Below, one piece after another: positions 1 to 7,925 of a stretch of DNA of 64,000 nucleotides. Position numbers and translations under genes: made by a program. Location: positions 115 through 64,114 of the forward strand of contig JACAEW010000169.1 of the NCBI GenBank assembly GCA_013388675.1, written 5' to 3'. This DNA comes from Syntrophaceae bacterium. Lineage in GTDB: Bacteria; Desulfobacterota; SM23-61. The notes under the pieces were generated by a model that saw only the letters and a list, made by a program, of their open reading frames with translations, was not told where the DNA came from and made no database searches. Position 1 is the first letter of the stretch. Each line of letters begins with the position of its first letter.

Positions 1-22
1 CTAAATTCATACCCGCTTTTTA

Positions 23-50
23 ATTCCGCATTCCACATTCCGCCTCCCGC
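23..50. repeat. Heptamer tandem tract, ATTCCGC-type, 4 units
   Basis: Read directly: attccgc attccac attccgc ctcccgc. The same unit family recurs at 43267-43365 and 53929-53963. Confidence 0.6.
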
Positions 51-54
51 ATTT

Positions 55-960
55 CTATAGGTCAAGGATCCTGGCAGGATTTGTCGCCGTCATGGTGCGG
101 ATGGCCCTAGCTGGCAGGCCCAATTCCAACAACCTTCCAACGTATTCCGCCATCATCTGAACCGGGGGCGGGTTGTCCACTTGGCCGGAATCCGTTGCCA
201 GGATGATGCGGGCCGGGCCGATGGCCCGAATCGCCGCAGCAAATTCTTCGAGGGGAATGGGCTCCCCGACCCGCGGCGAGCAATCGTTTAAAACAAACTC
301 CAGATAGCTCGCGCCCCGGGATAAGGCATCCCTCATCTGCTCGAGAGAATATCTGACAAACCGGGCCATGGGATGGGTAACCACGATCTTTTTGATCCCC
401 GCTTTTTTGGCCTCTGCGATGAGGGCCAGCCCTTCCTCGGGGGAAAGGTGTCCGGTCCCCAGAATCATCCCTTGCTCGGCGATGCCCGCAAGGACCGGTT
501 CCAGCTCGGGAACGCATCCTCCATCCTTTCGGAAAATGGAAATCCCTTTTACCCCCATGGGCATGGACTTGGCAAATACCGGAAGGCGGTTTAGATGTTT
601 CAGAGAGTTGGCGGCGTGAATCGTCGGCATCCAGACCTGGCAGGCCCCCAGCTTGGCGGCGCACTCGACGGCCCAGGGGTTCAAACCTCCCACCTGCCAG
701 TTCAGGGCTACTCCCCCGAAGACGGGAAGGCCCACCATCCGCCCTGCAATCTGCGCGCGGTCGGCGGTGATGGTGAGATGGCTTTTCAGCACCACCCCCG
801 CCATGCCCGCCCGTTTGGCCCGCCTGGCAATCTCGATGTCGTCCAGGATACGGGGGTACACGTCCGGTGCCGAATGGATGTGGAAATCAACGGCACCACG
901 GAGAAGGTCCCTGGCTTGTTTTTCCCGTTTCCGGTCCTGGCCGGCATTTTTCCCAAACAT
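55..960 (-). CDS. Amidohydrolase-superfamily (TIM-barrel metal-dependent hydrolase) protein
   Basis: ORF 55..993. DFHIHSAPD HxH-type metal motif near the N-terminus, later THP and ATDSG segments typical of the fold. Start moved to ATG 960, which lies 7 nt after AAGGAG. Confidence 0.6.
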   Translation of the reverse strand: MFGKNAGQDRKREKQARDLLRGAVDFHIHSAPDVYPRILDDIEIARRAKRAGMAGVVLKSHLTITADRAQIAGRMVGLPVFGGVALNWQVGGLNPWAVECAAKLGACQVWMPTIHAANSLKHLNRLPVFAKSMPMGVKGISIFRKDGGCVPELEPVLAGIAEQGMILGTGHLSPEEGLALIAEAKKAGIKKIVVTHPMARFVRYSLEQMRDALSRGASYLEFVLNDCSPRVGEPIPLEEFAAAIRAIGPARIILATDSGQVDNPPPVQMMAEYVGRLLELGLPARAIRTMTATNPARILDL

Positions 961-1000
961 TCCCATTCTCCTTTCAAACTCCACCACCCGCAAGATACCC

Positions 1001-1049
1001 CTTACCCATAACCCATAACCTATAACCTATGCCCCATTACCCATTACCT
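1001..1049. repeat. Heptamer tandem tract, ATTACCC/ATAACCC-type, about 7 units
   Basis: Read directly: cttaccc ataaccc ataacct ataacct atgcccc attaccc attacct. This is the reverse complement of the GGGTAAT unit at 20102-20206. Confidence 0.65.
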
Positions 1050-1937
1050 TTTCCTTACCTGAACCCCCAGGACTTTCTCCCACACCTTGATCATGGCTCC
1101 CTTGTTCTCCCTTCCCAGACCCTGGTCCAGGGCCATCTGGTAGGTGGTCATGGTGGCTGCGGTCACAGGGAGGGGAATGCGGTGGGCGCTGCTGATTTCC
1201 ATGGCGTGGACCATGTCCTTGTAAGCATCCTCCAGCGGATAGCCGGGGCCGAAATTCCCTTCGAGAATCAGGGGGCCAAAATTATCCAGGGCGAAACACT
1301 GGCCCGTCCCGGAACGGGTAACGGCGATGACCTGCTCCGGGTCGAGTCCCATCTTCACGGCCATGGGGACCACTTCGGCCAGGGCCGCACAGTGAATATC
1401 GAATAAAAGTTGATTGGTCAGCTTCATCAATTGACCATTGCCGGAAGGCCCTACGTATAAAATTTTGTTGCCCATTGCCTCCAGGGCGGGGCGCACTCGC
1501 TGAAAGGAGGCCTCCTCTCCCCCCACCATGATGGTCAGGGTTCCCGCCTTGGCTCTGGCTTCCATACCGGATATGGGCGCGTCCAGAAAAATGATCCCTC
1601 GGTCCTTTAGATTCTGGTGCATCCTCCTCGCGGCGAGGGGATGGATGGTGCTGCAGTCAACCAGGACCTGCCCCGGTTTCATCGTCCCGGCCACTCCCCC
1701 TGAGCCGAAAAGTATTTCTTCCACCGTCTGCGTTTCCGGAAGGCAAAGGAACAACCAGGCAACCTGCCCGACCAGTTCCCGGGGAGAAGAAACAAATTGG
1801 CCTCCCTGGCGGGCCGTTTCTTCGATCACCGAATTCTTCCTGGCGAAAAATTTCAGGGGGAACCCTGCCTTGATCAGGTTAAAGGCCATCCATTTGCCCA
1901 TGGTTCCCAGCCCGATGAACCCAATTTCCGGCTTCAT
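1044..1937 (-). CDS. NAD(P)-dependent beta-hydroxyacid dehydrogenase (3-hydroxyisobutyrate / 2-hydroxy-3-oxopropionate reductase family)
   Basis: N-terminal Rossmann motif GFIGLGTMGKWMAFNL and family-typical LDAPISGMEARAKAGTLTIMVGG. Start set to ATG 1937, preceded by GAGGGG; the longer ORF to 2144 has an implausible N-terminus. Confidence 0.8.
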   Translation of the reverse strand: MKPEIGFIGLGTMGKWMAFNLIKAGFPLKFFARKNSVIEETARQGGQFVSSPRELVGQVAWLFLCLPETQTVEEILFGSGGVAGTMKPGQVLVDCSTIHPLAARRMHQNLKDRGIIFLDAPISGMEARAKAGTLTIMVGGEEASFQRVRPALEAMGNKILYVGPSGNGQLMKLTNQLLFDIHCAALAEVVPMAVKMGLDPEQVIAVTRSGTGQCFALDNFGPLILEGNFGPGYPLEDAYKDMVHAMEISSAHRIPLPVTAATMTTYQMALDQGLGRENKGAMIKVWEKVLGVQVRKR

Positions 1938-2415
1938 AGCACCCCTCTTTTCCATAACCGATCCTTTTTTCATTCCTGACTTATTTCTTACCTGTTCGGG
2001 GGTTGAGCATAATATGGCCTTGAACAATTTGCAAGCAGAAGAATGGGAAGACCCGGAAGGGGCCCGTCCTGAGCTTGAGCAAGACTGATCCCCCAAAGGC
2101 CCCTGGGGGAGATGCATTGATTTTAATTGACTTTTGGGTTTCAAAAAGATATAGAAATCTCACCCATCCGCATCAAACTGAAAAAGGCGAGTTGTATCCA
2201 TTTTCGGCCTAAATCCTGCGAACCTTTGGTATCGGAGTTCGGCCGCTACCCTGAAGCCTGCGTCCGGCGATCGATTCTTCCAAGGGACGGATGACCCAAG
2301 AATGATTCTAATTTTGGGAGGGGCCGAAAGAGGCTAAATATCCCTAAATAACCCGGGGAGGATCGAATCGACGGTCCCCAGGGAAAAGAAAAATCAAGCG
2401 AGGAGGAGGTGTGCT

Positions 2416-3378
2416 ATGAAGAAAGTGTTTTGGGTCGCTTTCATATGGGTTCTAACTCTATCCTTTGCCTGGACGGGAGATGCCCTGGCCCAGAAAAAAT
2501 TCCTGACCCTGGCTTCCGGCAGTCCCGGGGGGGTTTACTATCCCCTGGGCGGGGGCATGGCCGTGGCCATTCAAAAGACGACGGACCTGCGCTGTGCCGC
2601 CGAATCCACCGGAGCATCGGTAGAAAACTGCCGGCTGGTGGGAGCTAAGGAAAGCGACATGGGGATGGTTATGGGAAGCATCGCTTACAAGGCCACCCAA
2701 GGGCAGGACCCTTTCAAAGAAAAGCTGCCCCTGGTAAGCCTCTTCCAGATGTATCCGGCTCCGGAGCACATCGTGACCCTATCGGGCAAGGGGATCCGGT
2801 CGGTCAAGGACCTGAAAGGAAAAAAAGTCTCCATTGATGTGCCCGGGAGCGGATGCGCGGTCATGGCCCGGGCCATCCTGGAGGAATACGGGTTCAACCT
2901 GCAAAAAGACCTGACCATCGCCAACCTTTCCCAATCCGAATCCGTTCAGGCCCTTAAGGACGGGGTGGTCGATGCGGTCTTTTTCAACTTCGCCTACCCG
3001 GGATCCGCGGTGATGGACCTGGCCGCTACAAGGGACATCGTTTTGATTCCCCTTGAGCCTTCTATGGCTGACCGGCTCGTCAAAAAATACCCTTATTATG
3101 TGAAAATCACCATCCCCGCCAAAACCTACCCCAAAGCCGACTATGACGTCCTATGCCTTGGCGATTCCAACGTTCTGGTGGCCAACCAGGCGATGGACAG
3201 CGAGGTGGCTTACAAGGCGGTAAGGGCGATTTTCGAGAATGTCCACAAGGGGCAATGGGCCCTGATCAACATCCATCCCATCGCCGCCCAATTGACCCCC
3301 CAGAATGCCGTGAACAGCCCCATTCCCCTTCACCCGGGGGCCCTGAAGTATTTCAAGGAAGTGGGAGCGGTCAAATAA
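2416..3378 (+). CDS. TAXI-family TRAP transporter solute-binding protein
   Basis: Signal peptide, then LTLASGSPGGVYYPLGGGMA, characteristic of TAXI receptors. AGGAGGAGG lies upstream of the ATG. Followed by DUF1850 and a fused TRAP permease. Confidence 0.85.
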   Translation: MKKVFWVAFIWVLTLSFAWTGDALAQKKFLTLASGSPGGVYYPLGGGMAVAIQKTTDLRCAAESTGASVENCRLVGAKESDMGMVMGSIAYKATQGQDPFKEKLPLVSLFQMYPAPEHIVTLSGKGIRSVKDLKGKKVSIDVPGSGCAVMARAILEEYGFNLQKDLTIANLSQSESVQALKDGVVDAVFFNFAYPGSAVMDLAATRDIVLIPLEPSMADRLVKKYPYYVKITIPAKTYPKADYDVLCLGDSNVLVANQAMDSEVAYKAVRAIFENVHKGQWALINIHPIAAQLTPQNAVNSPIPLHPGALKYFKEVGAVK

Positions 3379-3428
3379 GGATTTTCGGCGACCTGGCGCC
3401 GAAGAACAAGGCATATGCCGGGAACCCG

Positions 3429-3454
3429 CAGGGGCGGTTCGCGAACCGCCTCTG
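3429..3454. repeat. REP-like GC palindrome (variant)
   Basis: caggggcggttcgcgaaccgcctctg is a near-perfect palindrome between the TAXI and DUF1850 genes. It is related to GTAGGGGCGATTCGCGAATCGCCCCTAC copies elsewhere in the window. Confidence 0.6.
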
Positions 3455-3476
3455 TACATACCCCGTCGAGAATTTT

Positions 3477-3944
3477 ATGCCCCGGTGGATTTTTCTCCTG
3501 ATCCTTTTTTTCATTATTTTTCCCCCAAGCCTCCGCGCCCAGGGTCCGGATAGGGTTTTTTTGCTCGTGGAGAGCCGGGAAACCCGCAAGGTTTTGTTGA
3601 AACTTCCCCTCCAACCCGGGGAATGTTTCCAGTATGAGTACATCCACTCTTCGGACCACACGCCGGTGCGCGATACCTTCCGTATCGAAGAAGGAGGAAA
3701 AATCACCCTCCTCGAAGAGGCCTTTCTCGGGTATGGGGCCGGACTGGAGTTTCAAGACCACCGCGAGGCCAGATTGAGTTACACCGGTTCATGGACCCGG
3801 GTTCAATTAAACAGGGGTTTTTCCCAACTTCCCATCCGCGTCGGTAGAGTAGCCCGGCAGATTCTTGCTGTGCGCAGCCAAATCTATCGCCTGGATGAAC
3901 TGGCGAGACCGGGAGACTGCCTAATCCTCTCCATTTCCGATTGA
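3477..3944 (+). CDS. DUF1850 domain protein (TAXI-TRAP associated)
   Basis: N-terminal membrane anchor MPRWIFLLILFFIIF. Its position between the TAXI receptor and the fused permease is the usual DUF1850 context. Start trimmed from ORF 3153, which overlaps the TAXI gene. Confidence 0.6.
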   Translation: MPRWIFLLILFFIIFPPSLRAQGPDRVFLLVESRETRKVLLKLPLQPGECFQYEYIHSSDHTPVRDTFRIEEGGKITLLEEAFLGYGAGLEFQDHREARLSYTGSWTRVQLNRGFSQLPIRVGRVARQILAVRSQIYRLDELARPGDCLILSISD

Positions 3945-3951
3945 GGGTCCT

Positions 3952-5880
3952 ATGGCCGGAAAAGGGCCGCTTCCCGAAATTCAGAGGCCCGGGGAAACCA
4001 ACCAAGAGCTCATAGAAAAATTCGAGGGAAAGAAACGCGACCCCGGGGGATTCTGGGGAGTCCTGGTGACAGCCCTGGCCCTCGGAGCCTCCGCCTATCA
4101 CCTTTTCTACGCCTATTTTCATCCTTTTTTTGCCCTGGACCACCGGGTTCTCCACTGGGCCTTCATGTCCGCGGTCCTTTTTTTGCTCTACCCCGCCTCC
4201 GAGAGGCGCTCGCCCCGGAAAAGGCCCTCGGTCGTCGATTCTCTCCTGCTCGTCCTGAGTCTGGGCCTCTGTCTATGGGTGTTCATCGAATCCCATAAAA
4301 TCATGCAGCGCGCGGGTTCCTACCAGGCTTTGGACGTCCTGGCAGGATCGGCCCTGATCCTCATCGTCCTGGAGGCCGGGCGGAGGTCGGTGGGATGGTC
4401 GGTTCCCCTCATTGCCGTCGTTTTTCTCCTGTACGGCTTTCTCGGCCCCTATCTACCCGATATCCTGGCCCATAAAGGGTACAGTCTAAAACGCCTCTCT
4501 ACCTACATCGCCCTCTCGACGGACGGGATTTTCAGCATTCCCCTGGGGGTATCGGCCCAGTTCATTTTCCTATTCATCCTCTACGGGGCCATCCTGCGTA
4601 AGTCGGGGGCGGGAAAATTCTTCACCGATATGGCCTTTTGCCTGACCGGCTGGGCTAGAGGGGGACCGGCCAAAGCAGCGGTGATCTCCAGTTGTTTTTT
4701 CGGCATGATCTCGGGAAGCTCGGTGGCCAATACGGTTACCACCGGAACTTTTACCATCCCCCTGATGAAAAAAACCGGCTATCCCCCTCATTTTGCCGGG
4801 GCCGTGGAGGCCTCTGCTTCCACCATGGGTCAGATCATGCCCCCCATTATGGGGGCCGGGGCTTTCATCATGGCTGAATTTCTGGGAATCCCCTACTTCA
4901 AGGTTTGCCTCGCCGCCGCAATACCGGCCACTCTTTCCTTCTTCGCCATTTTCATGCAGGTCCATTATCGCGCCGTTCTTCTCGGTATTCAGGGAATTCC
5001 GAAATCGGAGTTACCCTCGACGAAGGCGACCATAAAGGATGGATGGCACCATCTTCTCTCCCTCTTCCTGCTTATCTATCTCCTGGCTCGGGATTATTCT
5101 CCGGAACGGGCGGTCTTCTGGGCGATTGGGTCGGCCATCGGCGCCAGCTACCTGAGAAAGCATACCCGCATTTCCCGACAAGAACTCATCAACGGCTTCA
5201 AAGAAGGGGCTGTCGGGACCGTGGAGGTGGCCGCGGCCTGCGCCGTAGCCGGGATCATAATTGGGACGATCACCGTGACCGGCTTGGGGCTGAAATTCTC
5301 TTCCTTGATCATGGACCTTTCCATGGGCCATCTGCTCCTGGCCCTCCCGCTGACCGCCATCGCCTGCTTAGCATTGGGTATGGGAGTTCCCACCACGGCT
5401 TCCTATATCATCATCTCCTCCCTGGCCGTGCCGGCCCTGATCCACTACGGGGTCGTGGCCATCGCCGCCCACATGTTCATTTTTTATTACGCCACCCGGG
5501 CCGACGTCACCCCCCCGGTGGCGTTGGCGGCCTATGCGGGCGCGGGAATCGCCGGGGCGAGTCCTACCCAAACAGGTTACACCGCATTCTGGCTAGGGAT
5601 GGCGGGATACATCATACCTTTTATGTTCATCTACGGTCCCGAGCTCATGCTCATTGGAAGTCCCCTGGAGATCCTTTGGGCGACGATGACGGCCACCGTG
5701 GGAATCATTTTTTTGGCCGCAGCCGTGCAGCGGTGCATGCATCAGAAGGCTCGATGGTATGAAATGCTCCTGTTTTTCGCCGCGGCCTTGTTGCTGATCA
5801 AGCCCGGCTTGACTACGGACCTCCTCGGGTTTAGCCTGGGAGGAGCGGCCTATTTCAGCCAGAAATACCGGAAAAGATAG
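3952..5880 (+). CDS. TRAP transporter fused permease (TAXI-type 4TM/12TM fusion)
   Basis: 642-aa polytopic membrane protein directly after TAXI and DUF1850. Glycine-rich DctM-like segments such as FFGMISGSSVANTVTTG. Confidence 0.85.
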   Translation: MAGKGPLPEIQRPGETNQELIEKFEGKKRDPGGFWGVLVTALALGASAYHLFYAYFHPFFALDHRVLHWAFMSAVLFLLYPASERRSPRKRPSVVDSLLLVLSLGLCLWVFIESHKIMQRAGSYQALDVLAGSALILIVLEAGRRSVGWSVPLIAVVFLLYGFLGPYLPDILAHKGYSLKRLSTYIALSTDGIFSIPLGVSAQFIFLFILYGAILRKSGAGKFFTDMAFCLTGWARGGPAKAAVISSCFFGMISGSSVANTVTTGTFTIPLMKKTGYPPHFAGAVEASASTMGQIMPPIMGAGAFIMAEFLGIPYFKVCLAAAIPATLSFFAIFMQVHYRAVLLGIQGIPKSELPSTKATIKDGWHHLLSLFLLIYLLARDYSPERAVFWAIGSAIGASYLRKHTRISRQELINGFKEGAVGTVEVAAACAVAGIIIGTITVTGLGLKFSSLIMDLSMGHLLLALPLTAIACLALGMGVPTTASYIIISSLAVPALIHYGVVAIAAHMFIFYYATRADVTPPVALAAYAGAGIAGASPTQTGYTAFWLGMAGYIIPFMFIYGPELMLIGSPLEILWATMTATVGIIFLAAAVQRCMHQKARWYEMLLFFAAALLLIKPGLTTDLLGFSLGGAAYFSQKYRKR

Positions 5881-5927
5881 CTTGAGGTTTATCCTCCCGA
5901 AAGGGAATTCGCCATAGGAGGTCTTGA

Positions 5928-7268
5928 ATGAATCGAGAGAGGGACCACGTATTTTACCGCAATTCCAAGAAGTCCTATCCAACCGCAGTCCGGGGGGAGG
6001 GGATTTACATCCATGATTCCACCGGAAAAAGGTATATCGACGGGTCGGCCGGGGCCGCGGTCGTTGGAATCGGCCATGGGGTGAAGGAGATTACCGATGC
6101 CATGGTTCTCCAGGCGCAGAAGATCTCCTTCGCCCATGGCTCCCAGTTCACCAGCGAAGCCTCCATCGAGCTGGCCTCCAGGCTGGTCCGCCTGGCCCCC
6201 GAAGGCATGACCCGCGTTTACTTCCTCTCCGGCGGCTCGGAAGCCGTGGAAACATCCGTAAAACTGGCCCGGCAATACCAGGTGGAAAGGGGAAAAACCG
6301 AAAAATATAAGGTCATCTCCCGCTGGACCAGCTACCACGGAAACACCCTGGGGGCCCTGGCCCTCTCCGGACACTCGGGACGAAGGCGGCTTTATTTACC
6401 CCTCATGCTCCACACCCCCCACATCGCCCCGCCTTACTGCTACCGTTGCCCCTTCGGGCTTCAACCGGAAACGTGTTCCCTCGAATGCGCCGCAGACCTG
6501 GAGAGAACGATCCTCTACGAAGGACCGGATTCGGTCTCCGCCTTCATCGCCGAACCCATGGTGGGGGCCACGGCGGCCGCTTTGATCCCCAGGCCCGGTT
6601 ATTACGAAAAAATCCGGGAAATCTGCGACCGTTATGATGTGCTCTTCATTTCCGACGAGGTGATGACCGGGATGGGGAGGACCGGGAAAAATTTCGGGAT
6701 CGATCACTGGAAGGTAAAGCCCGACATGATCGTCGCCGCCAAAGGGCTAAGCAGCGGATACACCCCCATGGGGGCGGTCATCGTCAAAGAAGAGATTCAT
6801 CGGGCTATTCAGGAGGGGTCAGGAGCCTTTGTCCACGGCCACACCTACAGCCAGAATCCCCTTTCCGCCGCCATCGGCTGTGCGGTGGTCGATTACCTGA
6901 TCAAACACGACCTTATCGGCCGATCGGCCCAGATGGGCGAATATTTCCTTAAAGCCCTGAAGTCCCTGGAGCGCCATAACTTTGTCGGAGACGTGAGGGG
7001 AAAGGGTCTCTTTGCGGGAATCGAGTTCGTGAAGGATAAAAAGACGAAAGAACCCTTTGAACCCAAGTTGAAGCTCAACGCGCTCATCGGAAACCGGGCT
7101 TTTGAAAAAGGATTGATCACCTACCCCGGAGGCGGCGGCGCGGACGGGATCCGGGGAGACCATATTCTCCTGGCTCCCCCGTTCATCATTAGCAAGGAGC
7201 AAATCGATGAGCTGGTAGGAATCCTGGATCGGACCTTCACGGAAGTGGAAAAGGAATTGGCGAGATAA
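5928..7268 (+). CDS. Class-III PLP-dependent aminotransferase (omega-aminotransferase family)
   Basis: Motifs LSGGSEAVETSVKLAR, FIAEP and ISDEVMTGMGRTGKNF are typical of class-III transaminases. AGGAGG lies upstream. Confidence 0.85.
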   Translation: MNRERDHVFYRNSKKSYPTAVRGEGIYIHDSTGKRYIDGSAGAAVVGIGHGVKEITDAMVLQAQKISFAHGSQFTSEASIELASRLVRLAPEGMTRVYFLSGGSEAVETSVKLARQYQVERGKTEKYKVISRWTSYHGNTLGALALSGHSGRRRLYLPLMLHTPHIAPPYCYRCPFGLQPETCSLECAADLERTILYEGPDSVSAFIAEPMVGATAAALIPRPGYYEKIREICDRYDVLFISDEVMTGMGRTGKNFGIDHWKVKPDMIVAAKGLSSGYTPMGAVIVKEEIHRAIQEGSGAFVHGHTYSQNPLSAAIGCAVVDYLIKHDLIGRSAQMGEYFLKALKSLERHNFVGDVRGKGLFAGIEFVKDKKTKEPFEPKLKLNALIGNRAFEKGLITYPGGGGADGIRGDHILLAPPFIISKEQIDELVGILDRTFTEVEKELAR

Positions 7269-7351
7269 AAAGGCTGACAAAAGGATTGGAGGATTGGGGG
7301 AAAAGGTCCTTGATAAAAAGAGGTCTTTGCCTCCGACCTCCAACCTCTAAG

Positions 7352-7386
7352 CTCTTACCCCTTACCTTTAACCCCTTACCCATCAC
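7352..7386. repeat. Heptamer tandem tract, CCCTTAC-type, about 5 units
   Basis: Read directly: ctcttac cccttac ctttaac cccttac ccatcac. Abuts the stop codon of the CMD-family gene. Confidence 0.55.
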
Positions 7387-7388
7387 CC

Positions 7389-7793
7389 CTATTTTTCTTT
7401 TAGAGGCCAGAGTCCTTTTTCCTGCAGAACCTCCCGGAAGACCTTCAGGGCCGAGTTCATGACCGGCACGCCCCCGTAGGTGGCCATCTGGAAAATGACC
7501 TCGGCGACTTCCTGGGGGGTGCAGCCCACGTTGATCGCCCCATGGAGGTGCATTTTCAGCTCCTCCGCCCTTTCCAGAACGGTCAGGGCGGCCACGGTTA
7601 CCAACTGCCGGGTCTTATGGGGGATTTTCTCCCGGGCATAGAGCTTTCCGGTGAAAAACAAGGAAATCTCCTTGGCCAGTTCCTTGTCGAAAGACCGCCA
7701 CACCTCAAAGGGACGTTCCCCGGTTACGCCTTTGAAATACAGGTCTGCGGTTTTCTGGGTCTTTTCTTTCAGGTCATCCAATGAGTCGCTCAT
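7389..7793 (-). CDS. Carboxymuconolactone decarboxylase (AhpD-like) family protein
   Basis: 134 aa. KTRQLVTVAALTVLERAEELKMHLHGAINVGCTPQEVAEVIFQMATYGGVP matches the CMD-domain helix pattern. Confidence 0.75.
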   Translation of the reverse strand: MSDSLDDLKEKTQKTADLYFKGVTGERPFEVWRSFDKELAKEISLFFTGKLYAREKIPHKTRQLVTVAALTVLERAEELKMHLHGAINVGCTPQEVAEVIFQMATYGGVPVMNSALKVFREVLQEKGLWPLKEK

Positions 7794-7825
7794 TCCGACC
7801 TCGCTTTTCGATTATTTGAATTTTC

Positions 7826-7882
7826 TCCTCCCCCCTTGAGGGGGAGGATACATCCCAACCTTCCCCCGCAAAGGGGGGAAGG
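7826..7882 (-). terminator. Two C-tract/G-tract hairpins downstream of the Lon-like gene
   Basis: tcctccccc-cttga-gggggagga (7826-7848) and ccttccccc-gcaaag-ggggaagg (7859-7882). They lie between the lon-like stop at 7926 and the CMD-gene start at 7793. No clear U-tract. Confidence 0.4.
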
Positions 7883-7925
7883 AGTTTACCCTCCCTTGTG
7901 CAATTGCGGGAGGTCAATGTCTCTG

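Noticed and set aside
2145-2415. Possible riboswitch or sRNA in the 270-nt spacer upstream of the TAXI-TRAP operon, and in the spacer at 34715-34950.
   Set aside because: I could not recognise any known riboswitch core or a convincing conserved-looking structure by eye. I left both unannotated, and an Rfam scan would be needed.
3153-3476. N-terminal extensions offered by the ORF track: 3153 for DUF1850, 1938-2144 for the dehydrogenase, 60250-60486 for the secreted protein, 60937-61008 for the P-type ATPase, 56168-56236 for porA, and 60217-60456 for DUF362.
   Set aside because: The extensions overlap upstream genes or intergenic repeats and hairpins, and they encode low-complexity sequence. 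Internal ATGs with good SD spacing coincide with the expected family N-termini or signal peptides.
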